This document shows positions 27,030 through 41,132 of a stretch of 64,000 bases of DNA, one piece after another. The position numbers and the translations under genes were made by a program. Within the stretch, counting starts at the first letter, position 1. The number at the start of each line of letters is the position of its first letter. The DNA is from Octopus sinensis (Eukaryota). The notes beneath the pieces were generated by a model. It did no database searches, was not told where the DNA came from, and saw only the letters and a program-made list of their open reading frames with translations. Where the stretch lies: NCBI RefSeq assembly GCF_006345805.1, contig NC_043000.1:56296001-56360000 (forward strand). Direction: 5' to 3'.

Positions 27030-28825
27030 CTATATATATTTTTACATGTGTATGCATATATATGTATGTGTGTATATCTATATATAAATATATATGTATG
27101 TGTATATATACATATATATATACATATATATGTATATATATATATATTTATGTGTGTGTGTGTGTATGTATATAAAGACATGCATGTGTACAAATATACA
27201 AACACACCAGACACACATGTGTAATATACATGTGTGTGGATATGTATGCGTGGATGCATGTTCTGACACAAGCATAACACATGTATTGTGTGGAAGACGT
27301 TCTTACAAACATGAATTTATGAAAAGGTACATAACAATGTTCATAACTGAAATTATATCTTCTCCCCACCCCGTCTCTCTCTCTTTCTCTCTTCCTCCAG
27401 TCTCTCTCACACTTTCTTTCATTCCTTAGACACATATTCATATGCCTGTACATCTGTGTGTGACTGTGTTTATTTACATATAATGGCCTATGTACATTTA
27501 TATCATTTGCCAGTGTATGTGTGTGTGTGTTATACTAAAAATGCAGAACTGAGATTTACTCTGCAATTTTGGAGAATTTACCGAAATATTTAAGAGTCTC
27601 TTGAAGATTCTTGAAATATTAGAATTGCTTTTATGTCTTATGGCTTTTTCACTAGATTTCCTTCCAGTAAATTTGTGTAGAAACTGCTTCGCTTGAGTGA
27701 TTTTGTGGAGTTATTGAAATTGTTCAGGAGGCTAATCCAGTTTTCTGAAATATTGACTTGTTACACAAACACACACACACACATATGAAGGATAGTCACA
27801 GCTGGCTTTCTTCCTCTGTACAATGTCAGATTATTGGCCAGAGTTCCAAGAGTTCCGATTCCATTACCTATACCAAAGTAAGATATTTAACTGTCAAACC
27901 ACTATGTGGATGTACAGCAGTCTGGGAATGGTAATTAAACTATCTGAAATTAAACTATAAGGACACAGGAAATGTGTCAAGGCCGACAGGAAGCATCGAT
28001 GATTCCTAGGGCTAAACAGCGGTGGTGTAATTCCCTTATTGTCACGTTAAGTTGACAGTATACAACCACTCTATCGCCCCACCACCGTACATATCTTTAT
28101 GAGATATTTAGAAATTTAATATTTCTGAAATTAAACTTTATTGTCTTGGAAGTTAGAAAAGAGAGAGGGGGGAGAGGAGAGATACAGAGAGGGAGAGACA
28201 GAGAGAAAGAGAGAGAGACACAAACATAGACAGACAGACACACACACATACACAGATAGGAAGACAGGAAGACAGAAAGATAGGAAGACAGATAAAGGGG
28301 AAGATAGGCTGACAGACAAATCCACAGACAAAGAGACAGACAGGCAGGCAGACAAACTGACAGAAACACAGAGAGGGAAGGTGGGACATATTGGACCCTA
28401 CAGTCTGAGATACCTTTTAAGGGATAAAACGGTTAAGGCTGGAATGCCATTTCATCATAGGTTTGCTCAATCAGAGCTGCCCTTGGGGTGGGTGCTAAAC
28501 AATAACTCTCAAACTTTAACTTTGAAAATAAATTTTAGCAAATTCACCAACACCAAAAAGAATACAAGGTAATTAATATGCACAGGCATGGATGTTTGGT
28601 AAGAAGCTTGCTTCCCAATCACATGGTTCCAGACTCCACTCATATAGCCCTACTAGGAATAGAGGGCCATATGGACTGATGGATTGTATCACATGCTCAC
28701 AATCAGCAGAAAATACTTGAACTTGAACTTTGATACCTACCATCCATAAAGATTATCTGCAGCATACAATATCAAACAAAACTTATAAGAAACAACCCAG
28801 GCACATATCAACAGTCCTTTCTTAT

Positions 28826-29236
28826 TTCTTAATTGCCCACAAGGGGTTAAACATAGAAGGGGCAAACAAGGACAGATAAAGGGATTAAGTCGATTACATC
28901 AACCCCGGTGTGTAACTGGTACTTTATTTATCGACCCCGAAAGGATGAAAGGCAAAGTCAACCTTGGCAGAATTTGAACTCAGAACGTAACAGCAGACGA
29001 AATACCTATTTCTTTATTGCCCACAAGGGGCTAAACATAGAGGGGACAAACAAGGACAGACAAAGGGATTAAGTCGATTACATCAACCCCAGTGCATAAC
29101 TGGTACTTTATCGACCCCGAAAGGATGAAAGGTAAAGTTGACCTCAGCAGAATTTGAACTCAGAACATAACGGCAGACTAAATATCGCTAAGCATTTCGC
29201 CCGGAATGCTAATGTTTCTGCCAGCTCGCCGCCTTG
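28826..29236 (-). mobile_element. Dimeric family A SINE
   Basis: Full copy plus 5'-clipped copy head-to-tail inside one 16-bp TSD aacagtcctttcttat (28810-28825, 29237-29252). Confidence 0.9.
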
Positions 29237-29481
29237 AACAGTCCTTTCTTATATCCAAAATATACTTTCTTATATATCCAAAATATACTTTCTTAAATTG
29301 GTAGAATGTGATTTGAAGGAGATTCCACTATTATTTCCTGCATACAGCCATCTTCTCATTGTCTCCTATTTCATCTGTTATCAGAGGGTTATTACTTAGA
29401 TAATAATGTTCATGTAGATACAAAATCACTTAAGATTGCCCCAGATTCTATTATAGGAATTCCTTGTTTTAAAGTGATCTA

Positions 29482-30415
29482 CAAGGTGGTATCAAAAAGC
29501 TCTAGGACTAGTTATGTTTGATAAAAAAATAACTTATTTACCTGAGTTTTAACATCATCTCTTTTGAAACAGTCATCCTGACAGCAACACACCAACCCTG
29601 TGTTCCTGCCACTTTTGGAATCCAGCTTGGAAATAGTTTTCCGTAAATGAATTGAGGACCTTCAGTGATTCACTCTTGAACCCAACAACAGTACTAAAAC
29701 ATGACCTTTGAGCTGCATTTTCATCTTGAGGAAGATATGGAAGACTACAAGTGCTAAATCTGGTGAATAGAGTAGGTACAGAAGTGATACCATGTTGTTT
29801 TTGGTTAGAAACGCATGAGAGAGAAGAACTTGGTGACAGGGTTCACTGTTGTCATGAAGATCTAATTCTTTGCACTCCACAGATCTGGTCACTTTCACCA
29901 AATGTCCTCCCTCAAATGCTTCAAAACATCACAGTAGAACTCTTGACTGACAGTCTGGCTCTGGGGAATGAATGCTTGAAGCACAATACCACATTTCCAG
30001 AGGCAATGCTCATGGGAGGCCTTCTAGATTGCTCATCATCATTCAGGGACATTCTTCTGTTTTCGAAGTGCCTGTGACACTTGAAACATTGCATACAACC
30101 CATTGTCTCATTGCCATAAGCTTGCCATAAGCTTGCCAAAGCATGCTCAATGTCTCTGTAGCAGACTTTCCAAGTTTAATGCAAAATTTCACATTGCCTT
30201 TTTGTTCCAACTCTCCTCTCCATGACAAAAATCGCAGACTACAGCATACATGTGACCACAAAAACACAACTTTCACAACTTACAAAGTAAACACAATGAT
30301 GTCACTCAGTACACTGTCTCATGAAGGTCACTGCTATCTCTCACCACACACACAACTGTGTGCTGCCATCTGTTGGTGCACTATAGAACTAGTCCAGGAA
30401 CTTGATACCACCCCA
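29482..30415 (-). mobile_element. Internally deleted mariner transposon (transposase pseudogene)
   Basis: Imperfect ~30-bp TIRs (caaggtggtatcaaaaagctctaggactagtt / aactagtccaggaacttgataccacccca) flanked by TA; EQKGNVKFCIKLGKSATETLSMLWQAYG, SLNDDEQSRRP, LHDN, YSPDLA motifs; second HTH, WVPHEL and first catalytic D region missing. Confidence 0.9.
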
Positions 30416-30477
30416 TAAATTTAAAGCTTTCATTAAAATTCCATGTTAATTAATCCTCCATACACCAGCTTATTAAT

Positions 30478-30893
30478 TCTTTCTACTAGAGGTACAAGGC
30501 CTGAAATTTTTCAGGGAAGTGGCAAGTCAATTACATCAAATCCCAGGACTCATCTGGTACATATTTTATTAACCCTGAAAGGAGGACTGGCAAAGTGAAC
30601 ATAGGCAGAATTTGAACTCAGAATGTAAGCCAGAAGAAATGTTACTAAGCATTTTCTCTGGCACCTTAAACCAGCTTAATAATGATTTTAGGTTGTGGTA
30701 CAAGACCAGCAATTTTGGGCAAGGGAGTAAGTTGATTACATCAAACCCAGTACTCAACTGGCACTTATTTTATTAATCCCAGATAGATGAAAAGCAAAGT
30801 TGACCACAACGGAATTTGAACTCCAAATGTAAAAATGGACAAAATGCCAGTAAGCATTTTGCCGGCATGGTAAAGATTCTGCCAGCTTGCTAC
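30478..30893 (-). mobile_element. Two tandem family A SINEs
   Basis: Similarity to other family A copies. Confidence 0.75.
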
Positions 30894-30894
30894 C

Positions 30895-31171
30895 TGTTAT
30901 ATCACAATACTACACAGTGGCTGTGTGAGCTATGAAATCCTTGTCGCTACTGTTATATTGAAATACTATACAGTGGCTGCATGAGCTACGAAATCCTCAT
31001 TGCCACGATTATGTCGCACGTTCGGATGCCTTCTACTCAACTTGACTCTCCACTTTCTACTCTACTCTGCTGTGCTACTGTTCTAGTCTAATCAGCTAAC
31101 ATCTAGGCTTCTCCCTCTATATCTATCTATTGGGCTAGCCTATTTCATAGTCTGGGGGCGTCCACACAACA
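30895..31171. mobile_element. Probable solo LTR with duplicated 56-bp end
   Basis: TGTT...AACA termini; flanks ctacc/ctact (or ctac/ctac if the start is 30951). Confidence 0.5.
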
Positions 31172-31658
31172 CTACTTCAAATCAGTGTAATAACAGCAAA
31201 AATTATTTTATAAAATTCTTCTTTACTTTCAAAATTAATTGAAACAGTGAGTATATTTCCACAGAAATACAGTAACAAAAAGGTTATTAAATAAACAAAG
31301 AGACAAGCAAGCACCCAGCAGAGAGTCCCAGCAAAGTAGATTTTATTCCCGCTTTGAAGTTAAGTCCTTTCACAGTCAATATCTCCTGAGAAAAGCATTA
31401 ACGTCACAAAATCACATTCCCTTGACCTATAAATTTTTAATATTGAGCCATAACAAGAAATCAATTTCGTTAAGTAGTTGTAAGGTAAATAGCTTCTCAG
31501 AACTATTGTTAGACTGATCTTAAAATTCATGACACAAAAGATAGGTTTTGTTAAATGTCTTCAGCAAACATTATTGAAAGTTTTGAAATAACAATGTAAA
31601 ATGGTAAAGACACAACTTGTTAAAATTTTACAATTGTGTCTGTAACTGTATATATGTG

Positions 31659-31762
<104 letters not shown>

Positions 31763-31820
31763 CCACACCCACACGCATACATATGTTGTTTGTCAATATA
31801 TAATGTATGAACACATGTTT

Positions 31821-31860
<40 letters not shown>

Positions 31861-31878
31861 CGCGTGTATATATACATA

Positions 31879-31912
<34 letters not shown>

Positions 31913-32703
31913 CACACATAGTCATACAGATATATCTATGTATCTGTATATATGTCTGTACAGATATAAATTTATATGTACACACACACACACACATATA
32001 CATATTTGCACTCTTTTTACGAAATAAATTGAAATATACATGTATTTGTTTGTATTATGTGTACGAGTATATATGTGTTCTATTTGAGTGTTTCTGAATA
32101 AATTGAAATTGTAAAAAGGAAGAATATATATAAAAAAGTAAAACTGTAAAACAATGAGATGGATTTGAAAAGCAAAGATAATTTTTTACTAGAGCAATAA
32201 TGCAAATTTACTAACAGAATTTTCCACTCAGTACATTTCTAGTTTGTTGAAAAACAACGATTTTGAAACAAAAGAACTGATTGAAATGTATTAATGTTAG
32301 GTAATAATAAGAAAAATAATTGTACTAAGGTTAATAAATATAGATGTTTAATGTTAGTTTTATTTTTATGTTAGCATGTAGGTTTTAGTGGGGTTTCAAT
32401 TTTAGGCAGAGTAATTATAACTTTAAAGACACAAGATGGAATGATTCGCCTTGGCGAGGAAGAGAAGAGGGATAGAGAGCAAGGTGGAGTTAAGTGCCTT
32501 TAAATTAATTAAATTGCTATACAAGCAATTTTATATTATCAAAAAAAAATAATAATAATAATCAAATGAATAAACTTGAAACAGGTGCTAGCATGAATGT
32601 GCAGTGAAGTTCTCTTCAAAACCACCTGGTTTTGGGTTCAGTTCCCCTGCCAGACACCTTGAGCAAATGGCTTATATTATATCTTTGGGTTAATCAATGC
32701 CTC

Positions 32704-33103
32704 CATCATCATCATCATTTAACATCCGTTGTCCATGCTGGCATGGGTTGGATGGTTTGACCAGAGCTGGCAAGCTGGGGAGCTGCACCAGACATCAGTC
32801 TGATTTGGCATGGTTTTCTACAGCTGGATGCCCTTCCTAATTCCAACCACTTAACAGAGTGTGCTGGGTGCTTTTATGTGGCACTGCGTGGGCACTTTTA
32901 CATGGCACCACACGGGTGATTTTACATGGCACTACACAGGCACTTTTACATTGTGCCACATGGACACTTTTACATGGCACTGCATGAGTGCTTTTACATG
33001 GCACCACATGGATGCTTTTATGTGGCACCGCATCAGTGCTTTTATGTGATGCCACACAGGCACTTTTACATGGTACCACATGAGAGCTGTTACATGGCAT
33101 CAC
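32704..33103 (-). mobile_element. Family D element with internal 24-bp minisatellite (32868-33103)
   Basis: About 10 units resembling gcttttacatggcaccacatgg..; 8-aa periodicity in the 32837-33166 ORF. Confidence 0.75.
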
Positions 33104-33194
33104 TTTGTGATTGAAATTCTCTAGCTGAAAACTGTGTGGCAGAGAGCTTACATTATTAAATAGCATATGTTGCAGTATTTTTCCAGTTCTCTAC

Positions 33195-33345
33195 ACTTAG
33201 CGGCATTTCTACCATCCTTACATTCGCAGTTCAAATTCCACCGAGGTCAATTTTGCCTTAAAGTATGAATTGAGTACTAGAGTTGATGTAATTGACTTAC
33301 TCCTCGCCACCGAATTTGCTGGCCTTGTGCCAAAATTTGAACTAA
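33195..33345 (+). mobile_element. Partial family A SINE
   Basis: B box and tail similarity. Confidence 0.65.
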
Positions 33346-33529
33346 TATTGATATGCAAAATACCAGCCAAGTTCTAGGGCCCATCTAGCACCCCTCCTCC
33401 TTCTATCTGTCTATCTCTCTTTCCTATCTCTCTATTTTTTTTTCTCTCTCTCATTCTCAGAATTGGCTATGCTGCACTGTGAGAATTAAATCGAAATTCC
33501 TCTTTTCTGTTACTACTACTATATATATA

Positions 33530-33530
33530 A

Positions 33531-33570
<40 letters not shown>

Positions 33571-33784
33571 TTGTGTGTCTGTGTTTGTACCCCCCACTAC
33601 CATTGCTTGACAAACAATGTTGGTGTGTGTACATCCCTGTAACTTAGCAGTTCGGCAAAAGAGGCCAATAGAATAAGTACTAGGCTTACAAAGAATAAGT
33701 ACTGGAGTCGATTTGTTTGACTAAAGGTGGTGCTCCAGCATGGCTGCAGTCAAATGGCTGAAACAAGTAAAAGAATAAAAGAAT

Positions 33785-33815
<31 letters not shown>

Positions 33816-33973
33816 TATATTATATATATACAAGGGCATCTTTCAGTTTCCTTGTACCAAATCCAGTCTGAGACTGTAGTAGAAGACACTAGCGCAAGGT
33901 GCCACACTGTGGGACTGAACCTGGAACAATATAGTTGGGAAGCAGCACACTTCTTACTACACAGCCATGCCTG
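33530..33973. mobile_element. Family B 3' half (+, to ~33785) and 5' half (-, 33832-33973)
   Basis: Similarity to family B; opposite orientations. Confidence 0.75.
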
Positions 33974-34364
33974 ATACACACATAGATACATACATTCATA
34001 TAAGTCCTCAAACATCACTGTTACTCATGAGTTAGCTTCATCTAACACCAACATTGTTTTACATTGAAAAATTGATTCAAATGAGACCTACACAGGAAAA
34101 AGAAAAATTGAAATGTACACAATTCCCATAGTAAACTTCTGATAATCGTCAAAACAACATACATTCTGGGTTTAAGATATAGCATAAGAATAGAGAAAAG
34201 ATTGTCTAAACATATATTTTAACAACACAGAGAATTAGAAGGGGATGGGAAGACAGCCAGGCAACTCAAGAAACACTGAGAAGAATTTAATAGTAAACAA
34301 TATAGATACCAAAAGTAAGGTTAGAAAACAAAATCAAAATTGCCCAAACAGAAAATCTGAAATA

Positions 34365-34560
34365 TACACATACACACAAACGTGCATGCACACATACAGA
34401 CACACGTATGCATACATGTATGTATGTATGTATGTATGTATGTATGTATGTATTTATGTATGTATGTATGTATGTATGTATGTATGTATGTATGTGTGCA
34501 TATATATAAATAAGTATATGTATATATGTACACATATGTAAATACACAGACACATATATA

Positions 34561-34618
<58 letters not shown>

Positions 34619-34706
34619 TGTATGTATGTATGTATATATGAATATAAATATATATCTGTGTATGTGTACATATATGTGCGTAAATATATATATCTGTGTG
34701 TGCATA

Positions 34707-34755
<49 letters not shown>

Positions 34756-34930
34756 GCTAAAGTAGTTGTCCTTAATTGCTAAATTTATATATATATATAT
34801 AATATATATATATATATACATATATATACATATATACATGTACATATGTATGTTTGGGTGTGTGTATATATGTGTGTGTATATACACATACATATATATG
34901 TATGTATATATATATAGGTACATATGTAAC
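34365..34930. repeat. Compound microsatellite (TATG)n/(TA)n/(TG)n, representative of many such tracts (e.g. 5840-6170, 19725-20000, 23735-23958, 26965-27180, 31650-32005, 48215-48330, 55200-55520)
   Basis: Seen directly. Confidence 0.95.
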
Positions 34931-36459
34931 ATAATTTTTGAGAAAATTAAATGAAATGGATAATGGAATCACTTAACAGTAAAAATAGAAAAGTGGACCA
35001 AAAAAAAAACGAATTAAAAAAATTTTAGATAAAAAGCAAAAAAGAAAATTAATAAATTTTAGGAAATGAAAATGTTTACTATGCAATATAGCAAAAAATA
35101 GACAAGACGACTTTGCAGGGGTTGGATTGGAGGTGTGCTAAAATAGTGACAGTGGGCAGTGGTAACTAAACTACACATTTTGATGTTTCAGTTAATGCTT
35201 TGACTTTTGATGGGGGTTTTTATGAAAAGGTTTAAGGGAGTGTAAGGATGGAGGTTCTAGTTTTTGACATAGTATTTCTGATCAGTTCTGTATACAAAAA
35301 TATGATTAATGAATCAATATAGAAATTCTTAATAGATTCCCTTAACTTTCAGTAGGAAACTCTGTATATGTGTCTGTTTGTATATTTGTGAAGGCATGTG
35401 GCTTACCGGTCAGGGTGTTGGACTTATGATTGTAAGATTGTGGTTTCAATTCTTGAACCAGGCAATGCATTGTGTTCTTGTGCAAAATGCTTCACTTTAT
35501 GTTGCTCCAATCCACTCAGCTGTAGAAATGAGTATCACTAGTGGAGGCACATTGCTTAGTGGTTAGGATGTTGGATTCATGGCTATAAGATTGTGGTTGC
35601 CATCCCTGGACCAGGTGATCAGTTGTGGGATATTTTCCTTTTGAACGGCAGTTTTCAACACAATTTCTAGTTAACTAAACACTTTTAAACTTTGTATACT
35701 GGTAGAATGTGTTTATAAAACATCATTTTTTCTTGGCTTTATTGAGAAAATTCTATATGTTGTAACATATTTCCACTTTAAAATCAAGCTTTTCAGCAAT
35801 TTTAACCAATCAAATACATCCATTTGGAGTCAAAACATACCGTGCTGTATGAATATGTCCGCATTTAAGAAACAGATTGGGTTTATTTACATTTGCGAAG
35901 AAAAAAGATACCCTTCCCCCACCCCTAACTCTAACTAAACCTGTCATTGTATATTTACAACAACAACAGCAATTCCGACAATCCTGACATCATCGCCATC
36001 ATCATTGTTCTTTAATGTCAACTTTTCCAGCCTAACATGTGTTGCATGAAATTTGTTGAGGTGGATTTTCTAAGGCTGGGTGTTCTTCCCATTACCAACC
36101 CTCAGCTTTTTCCAACCTAAGTAATATTTCTCCGTGACCAGACATATTTTTGCAGAATACCGGAAATGGATAGTGCTGTTTGTATGAAAGCCAAATTCAT
36201 TTAAATTATTACATGATATTGAGACCACAAGACACAATCACACACATACACACAAACACACACATACATGCACACACATCTATGGCAGGCTTCTACCAGT
36301 TTCCAACTACTAAATCCCCTCAAAAAACTTTGGTCAGCTCAAGGCTATAGAAGACACTTTTCAAAGGCATCATACAGTGGGATTGAACCCTAAACCATGT
36401 CCACCCTGTATGTTGCCTTCTTAAAATACACACACACACACACACATAAAATACACACA

Positions 36460-36800
36460 TCATCATTATCATCATCATCATCATCATGTAATGTCTATTT
36501 TCTGTGCTGGTGCAGGTTGAACAGTTTGACTGAAAACTGGCAAGCCAAGGAGCTGCACCAGGTTCTAGTCTGATTTGGCAAGGTTTCTATGGCTGGATGC
36601 CCTTCTTAAGGCCAACCACTCCGAGAGTGTAGCGGGTGCTTCTTATGTGTGACCAGTATGGGTGCCAGTTATGTAACACCAGCATGGGCCACAACTATGA
36701 TTTCACTTGGCTTAACAGGTCTTCTCAAGCATGGTGTATCACCAAAGGTTTTGATCACTTGTCACTGCCTCTGTGAGACCCAACATTTGAACAGTGCTTT
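36460..36800 (-). mobile_element. Family D element
   Basis: Similarity to family D. Confidence 0.7.
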
Positions 36801-37507
36801 TTACAGGTCAACGTGCATATAGGATGCAGTATGGAAGATGGTTAAAAAATTCACTTTACAATCACAAGGTTTAGGTGTGATTACACTATCACAAATATGG
36901 AAAAAAAGAAGTGTATTTCTACACAGGCAAGAATATAGATAAGTTGGTTTATAAGGTTGAAAATGCACCTGAATCTTAATACAAGTTGTAGTTTTTAAAT
37001 TTTGTAATAAATTTATTAAAATACCAAACCAATTTCAAGAATTTTTTGTTATCTGTGGTAAATAAAAAAAAAATGTCTAGGAGAGATTGAAGGAACAAGG
37101 GAAAATTCAGAGAATTTGGAAAAACATGCTTAAAACATCAAACGTTCATACAAATTCCAATATTCAATAAATTTCAGAGATAGACAACAATAAAAGTTCA
37201 AATGTTCGATGAATTTCATAACAGTTGTACATGACCGAAAGTTCAGTAACATTGAGTTATATTAACAATTTGATATGATGAAGATTTGAAAGAGTAAGAA
37301 AGAAAAAAAGAAAAACTGTTATTACAATTTCTGTTGTAGTGCATAAAGGACGATCTGTGGCACTGATTTTGCTGGTGAAAGCTTGAACTGTTTTAAGCAG
37401 AAATATAATTCATTGTGATACAAGCAGTGCCTTTTACAGGTCAATGTGCATATAGGATGCAATATGGAAGATGGTTAAGAAATTCACTTTACAATCACGC
37501 GGTCTAG
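36792..37507. repeat. 83-bp direct repeats (36792-36874, 37425-37507) flanking ~550 bp of unique AT-rich DNA
   Basis: cagtgc(t/c)ttttacaggtcaa(c/t)gtgcatataggatgca..tcactttacaatcac seen twice. Confidence 0.85.
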
Positions 37508-37566
37508 CAGTGCTAATTGTTTCCCATTGCCTGTAGAAACATGTACACACTGTGGAAAAATACTGA

Positions 37567-37770
37567 TATCAAATTTTGGCACAAGGTTAGCAACTTGGAG
37601 GGGGCGGGGTAAGTCAATTACATCAACCCCAGTGCTCAACTCGTACTTATTTTATAGACCCTGAAAAGGATGAATGGCAAACTTGACCTCGGTGGTATTT
37701 GAACTCAGAATTGAAATATGGATGAAAAGCCACTAAACAGTGTTCTAACGATTCTGCCAGCTTGGCATCA
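37567..37770 (-). mobile_element. Family A SINE
   Basis: Similarity to other family A copies. Confidence 0.75.
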
Positions 37771-37929
37771 CAGAATGGGAAAAAATATAACCTTGCATGG
37801 GAAAAGGTGAGTGTTCCTAGCAATAAGAGCATCTAGCAGTAGAAAATTTACTTTAATGACTCCTATTTCACCCATTCAGGAATAGAAAAAAAATAGGTTA
37901 AAATGATGAGGACATTGATGACGATGATA

Positions 37930-37986
<57 letters not shown>

Positions 37987-38007
37987 ATCTATATATATAT
38001 GTGTGTG

Positions 38008-38064
<57 letters not shown>

Positions 38065-38162
38065 GGTGGTGGCTGCCCCGTCGTTATCGAGTATGGCCAT
38101 CGCACGAAGCTTAATCAATGTTGTTATCATGCAAAGTAAAAGATATATGCATAAGTTTTATA

Positions 38163-38230
38163 CAGAGTGGCCAAAAATCATTTTAAAATGTAATAACTTG
38201 AAATAGTCTAGCAACTTTTGAGCCACCCTG
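38163..38230. mobile_element. Tiny Tc1/mariner-type MITE
   Basis: TA-cagagtggccaaaa ... ttttgagccaccctg-TA inverted ends. Confidence 0.55.
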
Positions 38231-38302
<72 letters not shown>

Positions 38303-38770
38303 TGTGTGTGTGTACAATCACACATATATACGTATATAGATAGAACCATATATACAAGTATGCATACACTCACACATATATATGTATTATATGTGTGATG
38401 GACATGTATGTATATTATTCGTTTGGTGCATGAAAAATTAACAGAAGCATGTTAAAGCAATGAAATCCAGATTAATAGCATTGTTACATCTCTGGTAATT
38501 TCATGCAGCAAGCTAACATGATTATGTGAAAAAAGCTCAACAATTCATTCCCATCATCAAATAATCATTGGCAGGTTTACACATTTGGGGATTTAAAAAA
38601 AAAAAAAACTACAAGGATTTTAATTATGATTTCTTCCATTGGCTAAACAAGACCAGACACCTCTCCATTCCCAAACTATCACATTCATACATACATGCAA
38701 TGAAAAATTCACAGAGTTGTTAGAAGATCTAGAATTGAAATTTGGACAAAAATTAGAATTCAGCAATGTG

Positions 38771-38823
<53 letters not shown>

Positions 38824-38955
38824 TACACATACATAGGTAACTCTAGCACAACTACTACTGCACATCAGATGCTTTTGATCTTAAACAGAGAGAGCTTTGC
38901 CAATTGAAAGATGATCTCTCTAGTAAAGAAATACACTTCAAATTATAATGTACAA

Positions 38956-38999
<44 letters not shown>

Positions 39000-39603
39000 T
39001 GAGTGAAAGGAGCAGAGAGAGGAGAGAGAAAGAGATTTCAGAAGAAAAAATTTTTTAACTAATTTAACATTTAATTTAAGCTTTACATTGAATTTTGCTT
39101 TGAGTTTTAAATTTCAATTGCAATTGAACATTTCTTCCATTTTTTTTTTTTTTTTCAATTCAATTCCATTCCTACTTCTCTAGCTTTCATTTATGATAAA
39201 AATGTGTATTATGATTATGAAATATCAAATTGTGGAGAAGAAGGAAGTGGGAGCGATGGAGGAAGGAATGAAAGTAACTTGATTTCACTGTAAAAACCTT
39301 CTGAATAATTCCACGAACATTGAAATACCAACATTTTGGAAATTCATTTGAAATTTACAATCACAAACCAAGAAATGCATTTTAATATGTAAAAATCCCT
39401 TGAAAATTAAACTTGAGTGTTAAATACAGTAAAATAATTTGTAAGAGAACCTAGATAGCTGAGATGCAGTATGGTTTCAATACCTGATTGAAGTTATTTA
39501 TCTAGAATATTAATAGAATAGAAAAAGCAAAAATACTCTTCCTATAAACAATTCTCATACTTTTTCAAGTAAGGGATTTTCTGTTCCAGCAGCATTTTTA
39601 ATG

Positions 39604-39804
39604 CTTTAGTATTTAAATTGGCCATAACTAACCCTAATATTGTATATGCTTTATGCTAAAACTGACCGGATCCAACTTCTCGCCCTTCCCCTACAATGCC
39701 ATTCCAAAAATATACAATCATATCATCGAAATCTTGAAACCACAAGATGATGCATGATTAATTCAAAACAATGTGAATAAATAAGAAATCTGAATGCTAA
39801 AGGG
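39604..39804. mobile_element. piggyBac-like MITE, second copy
   Basis: Colinear similarity to 10104-10327; ends ctgaatgctaaaggg. Confidence 0.55.
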
Positions 39805-40044
39805 CAAACACAACAGTTGTCCTACCTCCAGGCAAGCAGAGAAAGGGCTGAGATAAAGAGAAGTGGTCTTGGGAAATTTGCATAATTAAAATATAAATGA
39901 GCTAAGGGGAGTAATTCAGAGTGGCTAGTGACTTGAGTTTGAAAAACAAAGATTAAGATTTATTAACACTTAAATTCTTGTAATACATTCTCCATGTACA
40001 TCTTCTAATCCTAACTGTAGATTTTAATGCAAGACAAATATTCT

Positions 40045-40385
40045 TTTATCTTTTACTTGTTTTGGTCATTGGATTGCAACCATGCTGAGGCATCACATGT
40101 TTAGTAAAAGAAAATCAACCCCAGTAGTTATTTTTAAGTCTGGTACTTATTCTATTCATCTCTATGGGGATGTAAACAAAACAACACCAGCTGTCAAGCA
40201 GTAGTGGGGCACAAACACAAAGACACACATACACACACACATATATAACAAGTTTCTTTCAGTTTCTATGTACCAGATCCATTCATAAGGCTTCAGTTAG
40301 TCTGGGGCTATAGTAGAAGACACTTGTCCAAGGTACCACACAGTGGGATAGAACCCAAAACCATGTGTTTGGGAAGCAAGGTCAT
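40045..40385 (-). mobile_element. Family B SINE
   Basis: Similarity to family B. Confidence 0.75.
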
Positions 40386-41132
40386 GCATAGAACCTGTAT
40401 AAAATTTATAGAAATAACTACAGCATAAATTTGGATAATGCTAGATGCTAAGACTGTTGGTGTGAATTATTTATGTGGTCTTATTTGTTGTAACTGTCTT
40501 TCACCTGTTGTCATATCACCAGATAAGTTGATTACAAGAAAGATGATTACAAATAGGTGATTTCATATATATCTGCAAGATATCAGTTTCTGGGAATCAA
40601 TTTCTCATCTCAGAGCTGAATTTGTGTTCCAGTTATCTCTGTATCATACAAGTTGCACAACTGCACCAGAAAAACATCCCAAAACAGGTCATCATCTCCC
40701 CCATATATGTAATGAAGGTGGTATTACCTTGTTGGCATATACATTTTGTTGTTATATTAATAGTAACCTTGTGGTCTTATTGATAATTCTCAAAGTATAC
40801 CGACAGTTTGAAACAGAATGCAGTGAAGTTAGGCTTTTATTTGCTTACAATTCGACCAGCTCTTGAAAACAATATACACACTTTAATTTATACTTATTCA
40901 GTAAGATACAAATATACTCTATTAATATCCAGCACAAGTCCACATACTCAAACAAAAGGTGAGTATACATATTTAAACAAATGAACCAATATATTCACCT
41001 GTTTAATATTGAGTTCACTCATTTTTACTTTCCATTTAATATTCTAATGCTTTATCATAATTTAAATACACAAAGTCTGATGAAGTGGGTTCAAATTCTA
41101 TGGCTATTTTAGGTAATCAAACGGCTGAATCT

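Noticed and set aside
32868-33103. CRISPR-like array
   Set aside because: Units are contiguous with no unique spacers, there are no cas genes, and the context is a eukaryotic retroelement
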